Source of the DNA: an uncultured Actinomycetes bacterium
GTDB lineage: Bacteria > Actinomycetota > UBA4738 > HRBIN12
NCBI GenBank assembly: GCA_963704885.1
Contig: CAVPIB010000004.1
Span: forward strand, 960,001-1,024,000
Direction: 5' to 3'
DNA length: 64,000 bases
Below, piece by piece: positions 1-8,896 of this stretch. The notes under the pieces were generated by a model. That model was not told the DNA's origin, made no database searches, and was given only the letters and a program-made list of their open reading frames with translations. Within the stretch, counting starts at the first letter, position 1; the number at the start of each line of letters is the position of its first letter. Both the position numbers and the translations under genes were made by a program.

Positions 1-3000
1 GCGATCCCCCGTGCCTCGCGCGAGCCGTGACGTTCCCACAAGAGGGAATCGCTCTCTGCGTCCCACACGCGGAGCCAGCCGTCGGTCCCAGTCGTGATGA
101 GGCTCGTCCCGTCCGGCGTGAACGCCATGTCGGTCACACGACCCTCGTGCGCGCCGAAGGCGCGCACGAGGGCACCCGAGGGATCGAGGATCGCCACGCG
201 CCCGGGCCCGTCTGCTTCTTGCGCCGCGATCGAACCGTCGACGCTCGTGGCGACGGGGCCGCTCAGCCCCGGGATCGTCGCGACGATCCGTGACGCCGCG
301 ATCGCGCGGTGGAGCGCCTCCACGGCCTCCGGAACCGCTGCACCGGTGGCTGCGCGCGAGCGTTCCACCGCCTCCATCGCGAGCAGCACCGCGCGCTCGG
401 GGTCGTCGTCGAGGTTCGCGACCGATGCGGCGGCCAGCTCGCGGGCCCCCGAGATCGCTGCCTCGCGGCTCGCGCGGCGACTCTGGCCGGTCGCGACGAG
501 CGTGAGCGAGCCCGCGACGAGAGCGGCCACCGCGAAGACCGCGACGAGCGCGCGGAGCCGCCGGGCCGCACGCCGCTCGACCTCAGCCTCGTGCTCGCGC
601 CGTCGCTCGTCCGTGAGCCGCTCTTCCTCGCGCGCGCCGGCGGCGGCGGCCACGTACCTCCGAACGTCGTGTCCGAGCGCCAGGCCCGTCGACCCGACCC
701 ACCCTTCGGCCTGCTCGAGCCTGGCTCCCCGCAGAAGGAAGCTCGGATCCTGCCCGGCTGCGGCCCACTCCGACGCGGCCCGGGCCAGGATGCGTTCCTG
801 ACGCAGGTCTTCGCGCGCCTCGTCGATCCACCCGTGCAGCCGTGGCCATGCGTCGAGGAGCGCCTCGTGCGCGATCTCGACGGTCGGCTCGCGAGAGGCA
901 GGCTCGCGGTCGAACGTCAGGATCCTCAGGCGCCCGAACGTCTCGAGCACGTGGTCGATCGTCGTGTCCTCGAGGTTCAGCGAGCCGAGGGTACTTCGCG
1001 TGACCCGTCGCCGCGTATCCCGCCTGCCCTCACCGAGCGCTACGAGCCGGAGGAAGATCTGGCGGATCGCGCGCCGCTCGTCCCCGCCGGCCCGCCGCAC
1101 CGCCTGGTCCGCGCTCGACGCCAGCGTGCCCACGATGCCACCGAGGTCGCGATAAGTGGCGAGCGTCATCGCGCGGTCGGAACGCCGGTCGAACAGTTCG
1201 GTCAGGGTGAACTGGATCAGTGGCAGCGAGCCCGGTTGGTGAGCCGCATCCGCGATCATGTCCGCCACGAGACCCGGCTGGGGGTGCACGCCGGCGCGTT
1301 CGGCCGGGCCGCGGATCGCCTGTTCCAGTTCGTCCGGCTGCAGCGGAGCGATCGCTTCGGTCCGGCTCGCGAGCAGCTCCCCGAACCTCGGGTATACGAG
1401 CGGTCGGTCGTAGAGATCCGCCCGGAGGGTGGCGATCACGCGCACTCGGCTCTCGGGATCGGCGCACGCCACTCGGATGCATTCCAGGAAGTCCGCCCGC
1501 TCGGCCTCCGTCTCGGTGAGCGTGAAGAGCTCCTCGAACTGGTCGATCACGATGACCACATCCGCGTCGCCGGGGATCGCCTTCTTCACGGCCTCGAGGA
1601 GCCCCCGGGAGCTCCCACGGACGACGTCTCCCAAGCGCTGCACGGCTCGAACCGACACGCGGCCGAGCGCGGCCTCGAGCTCGTCGTACGGATGCGGTCC
1701 CGGGGAGAGCTCGGTGGCGAGGACCGGCTCGCCCAGCGCACCATCGCGCAAAGCCGGAACGACGCCCGCCCGCACGAGCGACGACTTGCCGCATCCGCTC
1801 GGACCGACAACCGCGACGAACCGCGCGTTCGGACCCGATTCGAGGAGACGCTCTATAACCTGCCCAACGGCCATCGAACGGCCGAAGAAGTCCGACGCGT
1901 CGGCCTCTGAGAACGGCCGCAGTCCTCGATACGGGTTCCGGAGGGGGTCGTCGACGAGAACCGCGGTCTGCGGCACGGAGGTGGCGAGTGCGGCACGGGC
2001 GGCGTCGGCGAACGCGTCGGCGGCGACCGGCTGCGAACCATCCGCCCCATCGAGCAGTTCCGCCAGGAGTTCGGGAAGGCTGCCGCCGAGCAAACGCCGG
2101 ACGATCGATCCGAGCCGGTAGACGTCGTCCTCCGCCGATGGCGGCGAGCCGGCCCCGATCGAGAACCCCGTGACGTAGGCGTTGCCGTCCGCATCGAAGA
2201 TCACGTTGGCGTCGTCGAAGTCGCCGTGGGCGACCCCCTGTCGATGCGCGAACGCCAACGCTGACGACACCTGCTCGATCACCTGGAGGGCTCGGCCGCG
2301 ATCGAGCTCCTCTCCTCGCTCGACGACGGCCCGTAGCGACGAGCCTCGCAGGTAGCGCCGCACGACGTAGGCACGACCGGGCTCACGCCAGTAGTCGTAG
2401 ATCGGGACGATGTACGGGTGCTCGAGGGCCGCAACCGCTTGCGCTTCCGGCTCGAAGCGCTCGACGAACGCCTGCGTGCTCGCGAGGTGCTCGTGGAAGA
2501 CCTCGACCTCGACATCGCGCCCAACCCGAGGCTGGATCGCCCGGAATCGGATACCTGAGCTCGTCTCGCCGAGCTTCTCCAACAGCCGGTAGCCCCGGAG
2601 CGGCTCGCCTCGTAGCTCGAGTGAAAGGTCCTGCGCGAGGATCAGCCCGTGCAGCCGCGCGAGCTCGGCCGAGGGATCGATCCCCAGCTCATCGGCGAGG
2701 ATCTCCCGGGCGCGCTGGAATGCCCCAAGCGCCTCGGCCTGACGCCCTTCCCTGTAGAACGCGAGCATCAACTGTTCCCAGAGGCGCTCCCGCAGCGGGT
2801 GGCGCGCGAGGAGCGGTTCGAGCTCCCCGATCGCGCGCGCCGCCCACCCCGCGGCAAGGAGCGCCCCGATCCGCTCCTCCATCGCCTCCATCCGCCGCGC
2901 GTCGAGCCGGGCTGCCTCCGCGAGCAAGGAGCGCTCGGCTACATCGGCGAGCGCGGGTCCCCGCCACATCGCGAGTGCGTCTTCGAGCGTGTCGATCGCG

Positions 3001-3347
3001 ACCTTCGGGTCGACGGGAAGGGTCTTCCGCGCGTCGCGCACGAGTGCGTCGAACCTGGTGGCGTCGACGTCGAGGGGATCGAGGACCATGACGTATCCGG
3101 GATCCCGACCCTTAAGGATCCCCTCACCGAGTGTCTTGCGCAGGTTCGACACGTAGGTCTGAAGCGTGTTCCGCGCCCCGGCGGGCGGCTCGTCGCCCCA
3201 GATCTCCTCGATCAACGTGTCAGCGGGGACGACCTCGTTCGCGCGAACGAGGAGGTTGGCGAGGACGGCGCGCTGCTTCGGGCCGCCCAGCGGCAACGCA
3301 CCGTCGCCCGCGTCGACCTCCAACGGGCCGAGCACTCGGAACTGCAC
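1..3347 (-). CDS. SARP (wHTH+BTAD) / degenerate Ser-Thr kinase / STAND-type NTPase / probable WD40 regulator; 3' end runs off the window
   Basis: Absent from the ORF track because there is no stop in the window. Manual translation from GTG 3347 gives MQFRVLGPLEV...GGPKQRAVLANLL...IWGDEPP (SARP) and LADELGIDPSAEL (BTAD end). A kinase-like block (LEHPYIVPIYDYW) follows, then RNPYRGLRPF...FFGR and the Walker A VVGPSGCGKSSLV, a TM-like segment and the start of repeats. TACGGT lies 6 nt upstream of the start. Confidence 0.85.
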   Translation of the reverse strand, partial: MQFRVLGPLEVDAGDGALPLGGPKQRAVLANLLVRANEVVPADTLIEEIWGDEPPAGARNTLQTYVSNLRKTLGEGILKGRDPGYVMVLDPLDVDATRFDALVRDARKTLPVDPKVAIDTLEDALAMWRGPALADVAERSLLAEAARLDARRMEAMEERIGALLAAGWAARAIGELEPLLARHPLRERLWEQLMLAFYREGRQAEALGAFQRAREILADELGIDPSAELARLHGLILAQDLSLELRGEPLRGYRLLEKLGETSSGIRFRAIQPRVGRDVEVEVFHEHLASTQAFVERFEPEAQAVAALEHPYIVPIYDYWREPGRAYVVRRYLRGSSLRAVVERGEELDRGRALQVIEQVSSALAFAHRQGVAHGDFDDANVIFDADGNAYVTGFSIGAGSPPSAEDDVYRLGSIVRRLLGGSLPELLAELLDGADGSQPVAADAFADAARAALATSVPQTAVLVDDPLRNPYRGLRPFSEADASDFFGRSMAVGQVIERLLESGPNARFVAVVGPSGCGKSSLVRAGVVPALRDGALGEPVLATELSPGPHPYDELEAALGRVSVRAVQRLGDVVRGSSRGLLEAVKKAIPGDADVVIVIDQFEELFTLTETEAERADFLECIRVACADPESRVRVIATLRADLYDRPLVYPRFGELLASRTEAIAPLQPDELEQAIRGPAERAGVHPQPGLVADMIADAAHQPGSLPLIQFTLTELFDRRSDRAMTLATYRDLGGIVGTLASSADQAVRRAGGDERRAIRQIFLRLVALGEGRRDTRRRVTRSTLGSLNLEDTTIDHVLETFGRLRILTFDREPASREPTVEIAHEALLDAWPRLHGWIDEAREDLRQERILARAASEWAAAGQDPSFLLRGARLEQAEGWVGSTGLALGHDVRRYVAAAAGAREEERLTDERRREHEAEVERRAARRLRALVAVFAVAALVAGSLTLVATGQSRRASREAAISGARELAAASVANLDDDPERAVLLAMEAVERSRAATGAAVPEAVEALHRAIAASRIVATIPGLSGPVATSVDGSIAAQEADGPGRVAILDPSGALVRAFGAHEGRVTDMAFTPDGTSLITTGTDGWLRVWDAESDSLLWERHGSREARGI

Positions 3348-3459
3348 CCGGCGACCGTACCCAGGACCTCGTTCGTGGCGCAAGGTGGCATCGTGGACCG
3401 GGCCGCGCAAGGTTCACGCAAACCCGAACGGATGCGCGGCGATATCCTCGTCGGAAGCT

Positions 3460-4509
3460 ATGTCGTTATCGAACCCGATCGCAGCGCAGCTCCGGGTCGC
3501 GATGCTAGCCCCGATCTCGTGGCGCGTACCGCCGCGGCACTACGGTCCGTGGGAACAGTTCGTGTCGCTGCTCACCGAGGGACTGGTCGAGCGGGGCTTG
3601 GACGTGACCTTGTTCGCGTCCGCCGACTCGATCACCGCCGCTCGTCTGGTCGGAACGATCCCAACCGGTTATTCGGAGGACCCCGACCTCGACGCGAAGG
3701 TTTGGGAGGGCCTGCACATCGCGACCGTTTTCGAGCGGGCCGGTGAGTTCGACCTGATCCACAACAGCTTCGACTTCCTCCCGCTCACGTACAGCGGTCT
3801 GGTCGAGACGCCGGTCGTCACCACGATCCACGGCTTCTCGTCGGAGCGCATCCTGCCGGTCTACGAGAGGTACGACGACCGGGGCTACTACGTGGCCATC
3901 AGCGACGCCGACCGCCACCCGAAGCTCGACTACGCGGCGACGATCCACCATGGCATCGACATGGGGCGGTTCCCCCTTCGAACGACGCCGGGCGACTACC
4001 TCCTGTTCTTCGGGCGGATCCACCCTGAGAAGGGCGCCGCGGAGGCGATCGAGGTCGCGCGGCGAGCCGGGGTGCCGTTGACGATCGCCGGCATAGTGCA
4101 GGACGAGGCTTACTTCCGCGAGTCCGTCGAACCCCGGGTCGACGGGGAGCGGGTCAGCTACATCGGTCCCGTGGGGCCAGACACGCGAGGCGAGCTGCTC
4201 GGCGGGGCACGTGCCCTGCTGCACTTGATCGACTTCGAGGAGCCGTTCGGGTTCAGCGTCGTCGAGGCGATGGCGTGTGGAACGCCGGTGATCGCCAACC
4301 GCCGCGGATCGATGCCCGAGATCGTCAGTCACGCGGAGAACGGATACCTGGTCGACTCCCTGGAGCAGGCCGTCGACGCGGTCGAGCTCGCGGCGCACCT
4401 GGACCGGACGGCGGTGCGCGCATCGGTCGAGGACCGCTTCAGCGTGAGCCGCATGGTCGACGAGTACGTGTCGCTCTATCGCCGGGTGGTGGCGGACCAT
4501 GCAGGCTGA
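3460..4509 (+). CDS. Glycosyltransferase family 4 (GT-B)
   Basis: RVAMLAPISWRVPPRHYGPWE N-terminus, FFGRIHPEKG and EPFGFSVVEAMACGTPV. Start placed at ATG 3460. Confidence 0.9.
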   Translation: MSLSNPIAAQLRVAMLAPISWRVPPRHYGPWEQFVSLLTEGLVERGLDVTLFASADSITAARLVGTIPTGYSEDPDLDAKVWEGLHIATVFERAGEFDLIHNSFDFLPLTYSGLVETPVVTTIHGFSSERILPVYERYDDRGYYVAISDADRHPKLDYAATIHHGIDMGRFPLRTTPGDYLLFFGRIHPEKGAAEAIEVARRAGVPLTIAGIVQDEAYFRESVEPRVDGERVSYIGPVGPDTRGELLGGARALLHLIDFEEPFGFSVVEAMACGTPVIANRRGSMPEIVSHAENGYLVDSLEQAVDAVELAAHLDRTAVRASVEDRFSVSRMVDEYVSLYRRVVADHAG

Positions 4510-5731
4510 AGACGCCCCAGAGCAGCCGCCCTTCCGACTGGGGATCAACTATTGGCCGGCCCGCACGGCCATGCGGTGGTGGACTATGTTCGACTCCGCC
4601 GAGGTCGCCGAGGACTTCGAGCGGATCGCCGCGGGTCGATTCGACTCGGTCCGGCTGTTCCTGCGATGGGCGGATTTCCAGCCGGAGCCGAACAGCGTGG
4701 ACCGGGACATGCTCAAGCGGCTCGTGACCGTGGCTGATCTGGCTGCACGAGCCGGCCTTCAGATCATGCCAACACTGTTCACAGGTCACATGAGCGGTGT
4801 GAACTGGATCCCGGGCTGGGCTCTGGGCGGGCTCGATCGGGACGATCGGTTCCGGGTGATCTCAGGGGAGACGGCGGTCTCCGCCGGGCTTCGCAACTGG
4901 TACGCGGACGGGGAAGTCGCTCAGGCCCAGGCGCTCCTGGCCGGCGAAGCCGCGACCGCCCTGGCCGGTCACGGATCGTTGTGGGCGTGGGACCTGGGCA
5001 ACGAGAACTCGAACTGTGTCGTGCCCTCCGATCGTGTGCAGGCCAGGGGGTGGCTGGAGCAGATGTCCTCGGCGATCCGAGCCGCCGATGACTCCGCGCT
5101 CATCACCGTGGGCTTGCACATGGAGGACCTGGAGGAAGACCGGAAGCTCGGGCCGCGGGAAGCCGCCGACGTCTGCGACTTCCTCACGATGCATGGGTAC
5201 CCGATCTACGCGAAGTGGGCGGAGAGCGGAACCGATGCCCACCTTGTGCCGTTCCTGGCGCGGATCACCCGATGGCTCGGCGGAGGCTTGGACGTGTTGT
5301 TCTCCGAGTTCGGACTGCCGACGTTCCAGCAGGGCGATCCCGGAACAGAACAGGAGCGCTCGGAGAGCGCCTCGCCGCTCGTGGAGGAGCGAGACGCGGC
5401 GAGTTACACGGGTGAGGTCTTTGCGGGCCTCATACGGGCCGGATGCTCTGGCGCCATGCTGTGGTGCTATTCGGACTACTCCACGGACACTTGGAGGGAT
5501 CCACCCCTGGACGAGTCCGTCCACGAGCGTCATTTCGGGCTTTGGCGCGCCGACGGTTCGGCCAAGCCCGCGCTCGCGGCGGTCGCCGCCTCTGCCGACG
5601 TGCAACAGGCGGATGCTCCCGACGACGACTGGATCGACATCGACCAAGAGCGGTTCTGGGAACGGCCCGGCGTGGAACTACCCCGCTTGTACCGGTGCTA
5701 CCGCGGCCGCCCCGCAGCCACCTCGATGTGA
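4499..5731 (+). CDS. Clan GH-A glycoside hydrolase (GH5-like, beta-mannosidase/mannanase-like)
   Basis: GINYWP N-terminus, WDLGNE acid/base motif, HGYP, SEFG nucleophile, MLWCYSD and ERHFGL. Overlaps the GT4 stop. Confidence 0.8.
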   Translation: MQAEDAPEQPPFRLGINYWPARTAMRWWTMFDSAEVAEDFERIAAGRFDSVRLFLRWADFQPEPNSVDRDMLKRLVTVADLAARAGLQIMPTLFTGHMSGVNWIPGWALGGLDRDDRFRVISGETAVSAGLRNWYADGEVAQAQALLAGEAATALAGHGSLWAWDLGNENSNCVVPSDRVQARGWLEQMSSAIRAADDSALITVGLHMEDLEEDRKLGPREAADVCDFLTMHGYPIYAKWAESGTDAHLVPFLARITRWLGGGLDVLFSEFGLPTFQQGDPGTEQERSESASPLVEERDAASYTGEVFAGLIRAGCSGAMLWCYSDYSTDTWRDPPLDESVHERHFGLWRADGSAKPALAAVAASADVQQADAPDDDWIDIDQERFWERPGVELPRLYRCYRGRPAATSM

Positions 5732-5822
5732 GCGACCCCTCGAGCGACCCCTATGACGTCGGCCGGACTACCATCCAGGTGCGCGGCGTCGCCTCGCGAC
5801 TTCCAACACTCAGGGAGCACTC

Positions 5823-7295
5823 GTGAAGGCCGGAGGGATCAACGAGCGACGGAACCGGATCGGCCTCCGGTGGATCGGCCTGGGGCTCTGGCTCGCGCTG
5901 CTCGCGGGCAGCGCCGTCCTGGCGCGTGCCGCCGGCGCCACCACGTCCGCGCTGCCGTTCGTTGCCGTCGCCGTGCTCGCGGTCCTCGGAGTGGTCGGGC
6001 TGGTCGCGTATGCGCGCCTGACGAGCGCGCCGCCGCAGCTGCGCACGCTGCGCGTGTTCGCGATCTTGCTGCCCACGCTGTTCATCATGTGCATCGAGGC
6101 GATCCTGCTGATCGTCGAGGCCGACGAGCTGTTCACGGAGGTGGGCGAGCACATCCTCGTGACGGCGGTCCTCTCGCTTTGCGCGATCCCGTTCTCGATC
6201 TGGATATTCCGGTCGTTCGCCGCGCTCCGTGACGAGCTCGCCCGTCGCGCCGCGCGGCTCGAGCGGCTCCATCGCGCATCGCTCACAGTGACCGGCGAAC
6301 CATCGGTGCCGCGGCTGCACGAGGCCATCGTGCGCGGTGCTCGCGACGTGGTCGCCGCCGATCGGGCCGTCCTGCTGCTCGCTGCCGGTGACGGCGAGGA
6401 GGGCCTGATGGCCGACCCGCCGGTCCCCGAGCCCGACGAGATCGACCTGGCCCTGCTCCGCTCGGCCGGGTCGGCGGCGTCCGACGGCGCCGACCGCTCG
6501 TACCTGACCACCCGCACCCGTGGGGGGGCGCCTCATGTCCTGCTCGTACGGCGGGCGGCCGGATCGCCGTTCGGCGCGGAGGAAGGGCTCGTCCTCGACA
6601 TGTTCGGTGTGGCGGCGGCCGCCGGCCTGGAAAACGCCCAGCGTCTGGAGGAGGCCCAGCAGTTGGCGACGGTCGAGGAGCGGGAGCGGATCGCGAGGGA
6701 TCTCCACGATGACCTCGGGCAGCTCCTCGGATACCTCACGACGAAGATCCAGGCCGCTCGCGAGTTGGTCGCGTCCGGCCGGTCGAGCGCGGCCGCGGAG
6801 GAGCTCGCCGGCCTGGAGGAGGCGACCCGCTCGTTGAGCGCCCAGGTGCGCGAGGCCATCCTGGGGCTGCGGACCTCCGTCGGACCGGACCGGCCCCTGG
6901 GGCAGGCGATCGAGGAATACACGGCGGAGTTCGGGATCCAGGCGGGCCTCCGCACGTCCTTCTCGGGTCCGGTGACCGCCGGTGGTTCCCTGGCCAGTCC
7001 CGCGCGGTATCAGGTGATGCGGATCGCCCAAGAGGCGATGTCCAACGCCCGCCGGCACGCAGCGGCCACGACGATGGCGGTCGCGCTCGACGAGCACGAC
7101 GGCGTATTCGAGCTGTCCGTGCGAGATGACGGCGCGGGATTCGACCCGACGACAGCGGCCCGCTCGGGACGGTTCGGCCTGATCACGATGGCCGAGCGTG
7201 CGCGGGCTGTGGGCGGGACCCTCGACGTTCGGTCGACCCTCGGCGAGGGGACGACCGTTGCCCTGTCGGTGCCGGTCAACCCGGTGGGAGCCTGA
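5823..7295 (+). CDS. Membrane sensor histidine kinase (GAF-like + HisKA_3 + HATPase)
   Basis: About four N-terminal TM helices, EERERIARDLHD, QEAMSNARRHA, DDGAGFD and FGLITMAERA. Confidence 0.92.
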   Translation: MKAGGINERRNRIGLRWIGLGLWLALLAGSAVLARAAGATTSALPFVAVAVLAVLGVVGLVAYARLTSAPPQLRTLRVFAILLPTLFIMCIEAILLIVEADELFTEVGEHILVTAVLSLCAIPFSIWIFRSFAALRDELARRAARLERLHRASLTVTGEPSVPRLHEAIVRGARDVVAADRAVLLLAAGDGEEGLMADPPVPEPDEIDLALLRSAGSAASDGADRSYLTTRTRGGAPHVLLVRRAAGSPFGAEEGLVLDMFGVAAAAGLENAQRLEEAQQLATVEERERIARDLHDDLGQLLGYLTTKIQAARELVASGRSSAAAEELAGLEEATRSLSAQVREAILGLRTSVGPDRPLGQAIEEYTAEFGIQAGLRTSFSGPVTAGGSLASPARYQVMRIAQEAMSNARRHAAATTMAVALDEHDGVFELSVRDDGAGFDPTTAARSGRFGLITMAERARAVGGTLDVRSTLGEGTTVALSVPVNPVGA

Positions 7296-7297
7296 CC

Positions 7298-7960
7298 ATG
7301 CGGGTGCTGCTCGCCGACGATCACGAGCTCTTCCGCGAAGGACTCGTGAGCCTCCTGCGCACGCACGACATCGAGGTCGTGGGCCAGGCATCCGACGGCG
7401 CGGAGGCCGTGGCCCTCGCGCGCGCCCTCACACCCGACGCCGTCCTGATGGACCTGATGATGCCGGGGATGGGTGGACTCGAAGCCACCCGTCTGATCAA
7501 GGCAGAGCTCCCCGACATCAAGGTTGTGATCCTCACGGTGTCCGAGGCCGACGAGGACCTGTTCGAGGCGATCAGGAGCGGGGCGCACGGCTACCTCGTG
7601 AAGAGCACCCCTTCGAACGACTTCTTCGAGTTGCTGGAGGCGCTCGACCGGGGCGAGGCGCCGCTCTCCCGAGGGCTGGCGGTCAAGATCGTGCGGTACC
7701 TGGCGTCGGGCGGCGTCGGCGGCGCCGCCGCGTTGACCCCTCGAGAGGACGAGGTTCTCCGGCTCGTCGCGGAGGGGCGAACGAACCACGAGATCGCGAC
7801 GGAGCTCTCGGTGTCGGACGCCACGGTCAAGTTCCACATGTCCAACATCCTCAACAAGCTGCACCTGGAGAACCGGGCCCAGGCGGTCGCGTTCGCGCAT
7901 CGCCACGGGCTCACCCAGGAGCCGACCTCTCCGCCCGAGGACCCTGCCGCGGACCAGTAG
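7298..7960 (+). CDS. NarL/LuxR-family response regulator
   Basis: [18 protein letters not shown] and the [12 protein letters not shown]...[13 protein letters not shown]. Confidence 0.95.
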   Translation: MRVLLADDHELFREGLVSLLRTHDIEVVGQASDGAEAVALARALTPDAVLMDLMMPGMGGLEATRLIKAELPDIKVVILTVSEADEDLFEAIRSGAHGYLVKSTPSNDFFELLEALDRGEAPLSRGLAVKIVRYLASGGVGGAAALTPREDEVLRLVAEGRTNHEIATELSVSDATVKFHMSNILNKLHLENRAQAVAFAHRHGLTQEPTSPPEDPAADQ

Positions 7961-8068
7961 TCCTGCCCCTACCTAGCCGAAGGTCGAGGTCCTCCTCCCC
8001 CCGTCTGGAGCGACTGCGCGGGCCCTTCCGCCCTGAGGGGCAACCTGGCTCAGGCCTAGGGTCGAGCC

Positions 8069-8896
8069 ATGAACGAGCAGCTCGAACGAGACGCGACAAC
8101 GGGCGGCACGGCGGCGGAGACGAACGAAGGGGTCAGCCGCCGATCGTTCCTCGGGAAGGTCTTCATCGCGGCCAGCGCGGTGACGCTCGGGAGCAAGACC
8201 GTGGCGTTCGCCGACGACGTCATGGGGAACGACGACTCCGAGGACGCACCCCAGTGGGCGATGGTCATCGACCTCGCGCGCTGCGACGGCTGCAAGGAGT
8301 GCACGAAGGCCTGCCAGGAGACGCACTTCACCGGCGACCAGGAATGGATCAAGGTGTTCGAGGTCCAGGACGAGGCCGGGAACACGGTGTTCCTGCCACG
8401 CCCGTGCATGCAGTGCGAGAACGCCCCCTGCCTGAACGTCTGCCCCGTCGGCGCGACGTTCCGCAACGAGAGCGGCACCGTGCTCGTCGATCACGAGCTG
8501 TGCATCGGCTGCAGGTTCTGCATGGCGGCGTGCCCCTACGACGCCCGCTCGTTCAACTGGGGCGAGCCCGAGAACCCGCCCGGGGCCACTTTCGCGAAGT
8601 ACTCGCCCGAGTTCCCGGTCCCGCACCGCAAGGGCACCGTGGACAAGTGCATGTTCTGTGCCCACTACGCGATGAACGGACAGCTCCCGGCTTGCGCGAG
8701 CGCCTGCCCGATGAGCGCGATCTGGTTCGGTGACCTGAAGGCCGACGTCGCTACGAACGGACTCGAGACGGTCCAGCTGTCTTGGTTGCTGAGCGAGCGC
8801 AACGCCTACCGCTTGAAGGAAGAGCTCGGCACACGCCCGCGGGTCTGGTACCTGCCCGGTCACGGCGAGGACTCCAAGGTGGTGCTGCCGCAATGA
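8069..8896 (+). CDS. Tat-exported 4x[4Fe-4S] electron-transfer subunit (NrfC/PsrB/DsrO-like)
   Basis: SRRSFLGK twin-arginine motif. Four Cys groups: CDGCKEC..AC, CMQCENAPC..VC, CIGCRFCMAAC and CMFC...PAC...CP. Confidence 0.92.
   Translation: MNEQLERDATTGGTAAETNEGVSRRSFLGKVFIAASAVTLGSKTVAFADDVMGNDDSEDAPQWAMVIDLARCDGCKECTKACQETHFTGDQEWIKVFEVQDEAGNTVFLPRPCMQCENAPCLNVCPVGATFRNESGTVLVDHELCIGCRFCMAACPYDARSFNWGEPENPPGATFAKYSPEFPVPHRKGTVDKCMFCAHYAMNGQLPACASACPMSAIWFGDLKADVATNGLETVQLSWLLSERNAYRLKEELGTRPRVWYLPGHGEDSKVVLPQ

Noticed and set aside
309-1910. Long plus-strand ORFs (309-1910, 2649-3746) and similar shadow ORFs such as 5751-7391, 18854-20488 and 38956-40113
   Set aside because: They are antisense shadows of real genes in high-GC DNA and carry no motifs of their own.
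5730-5752. GAGCGACCCCT direct repeat (12-bp period) as a SARP or response-regulator site
   Set aside because: Only two GC-rich copies, and the period does not match the 11-bp spacing typical of SARP repeats.
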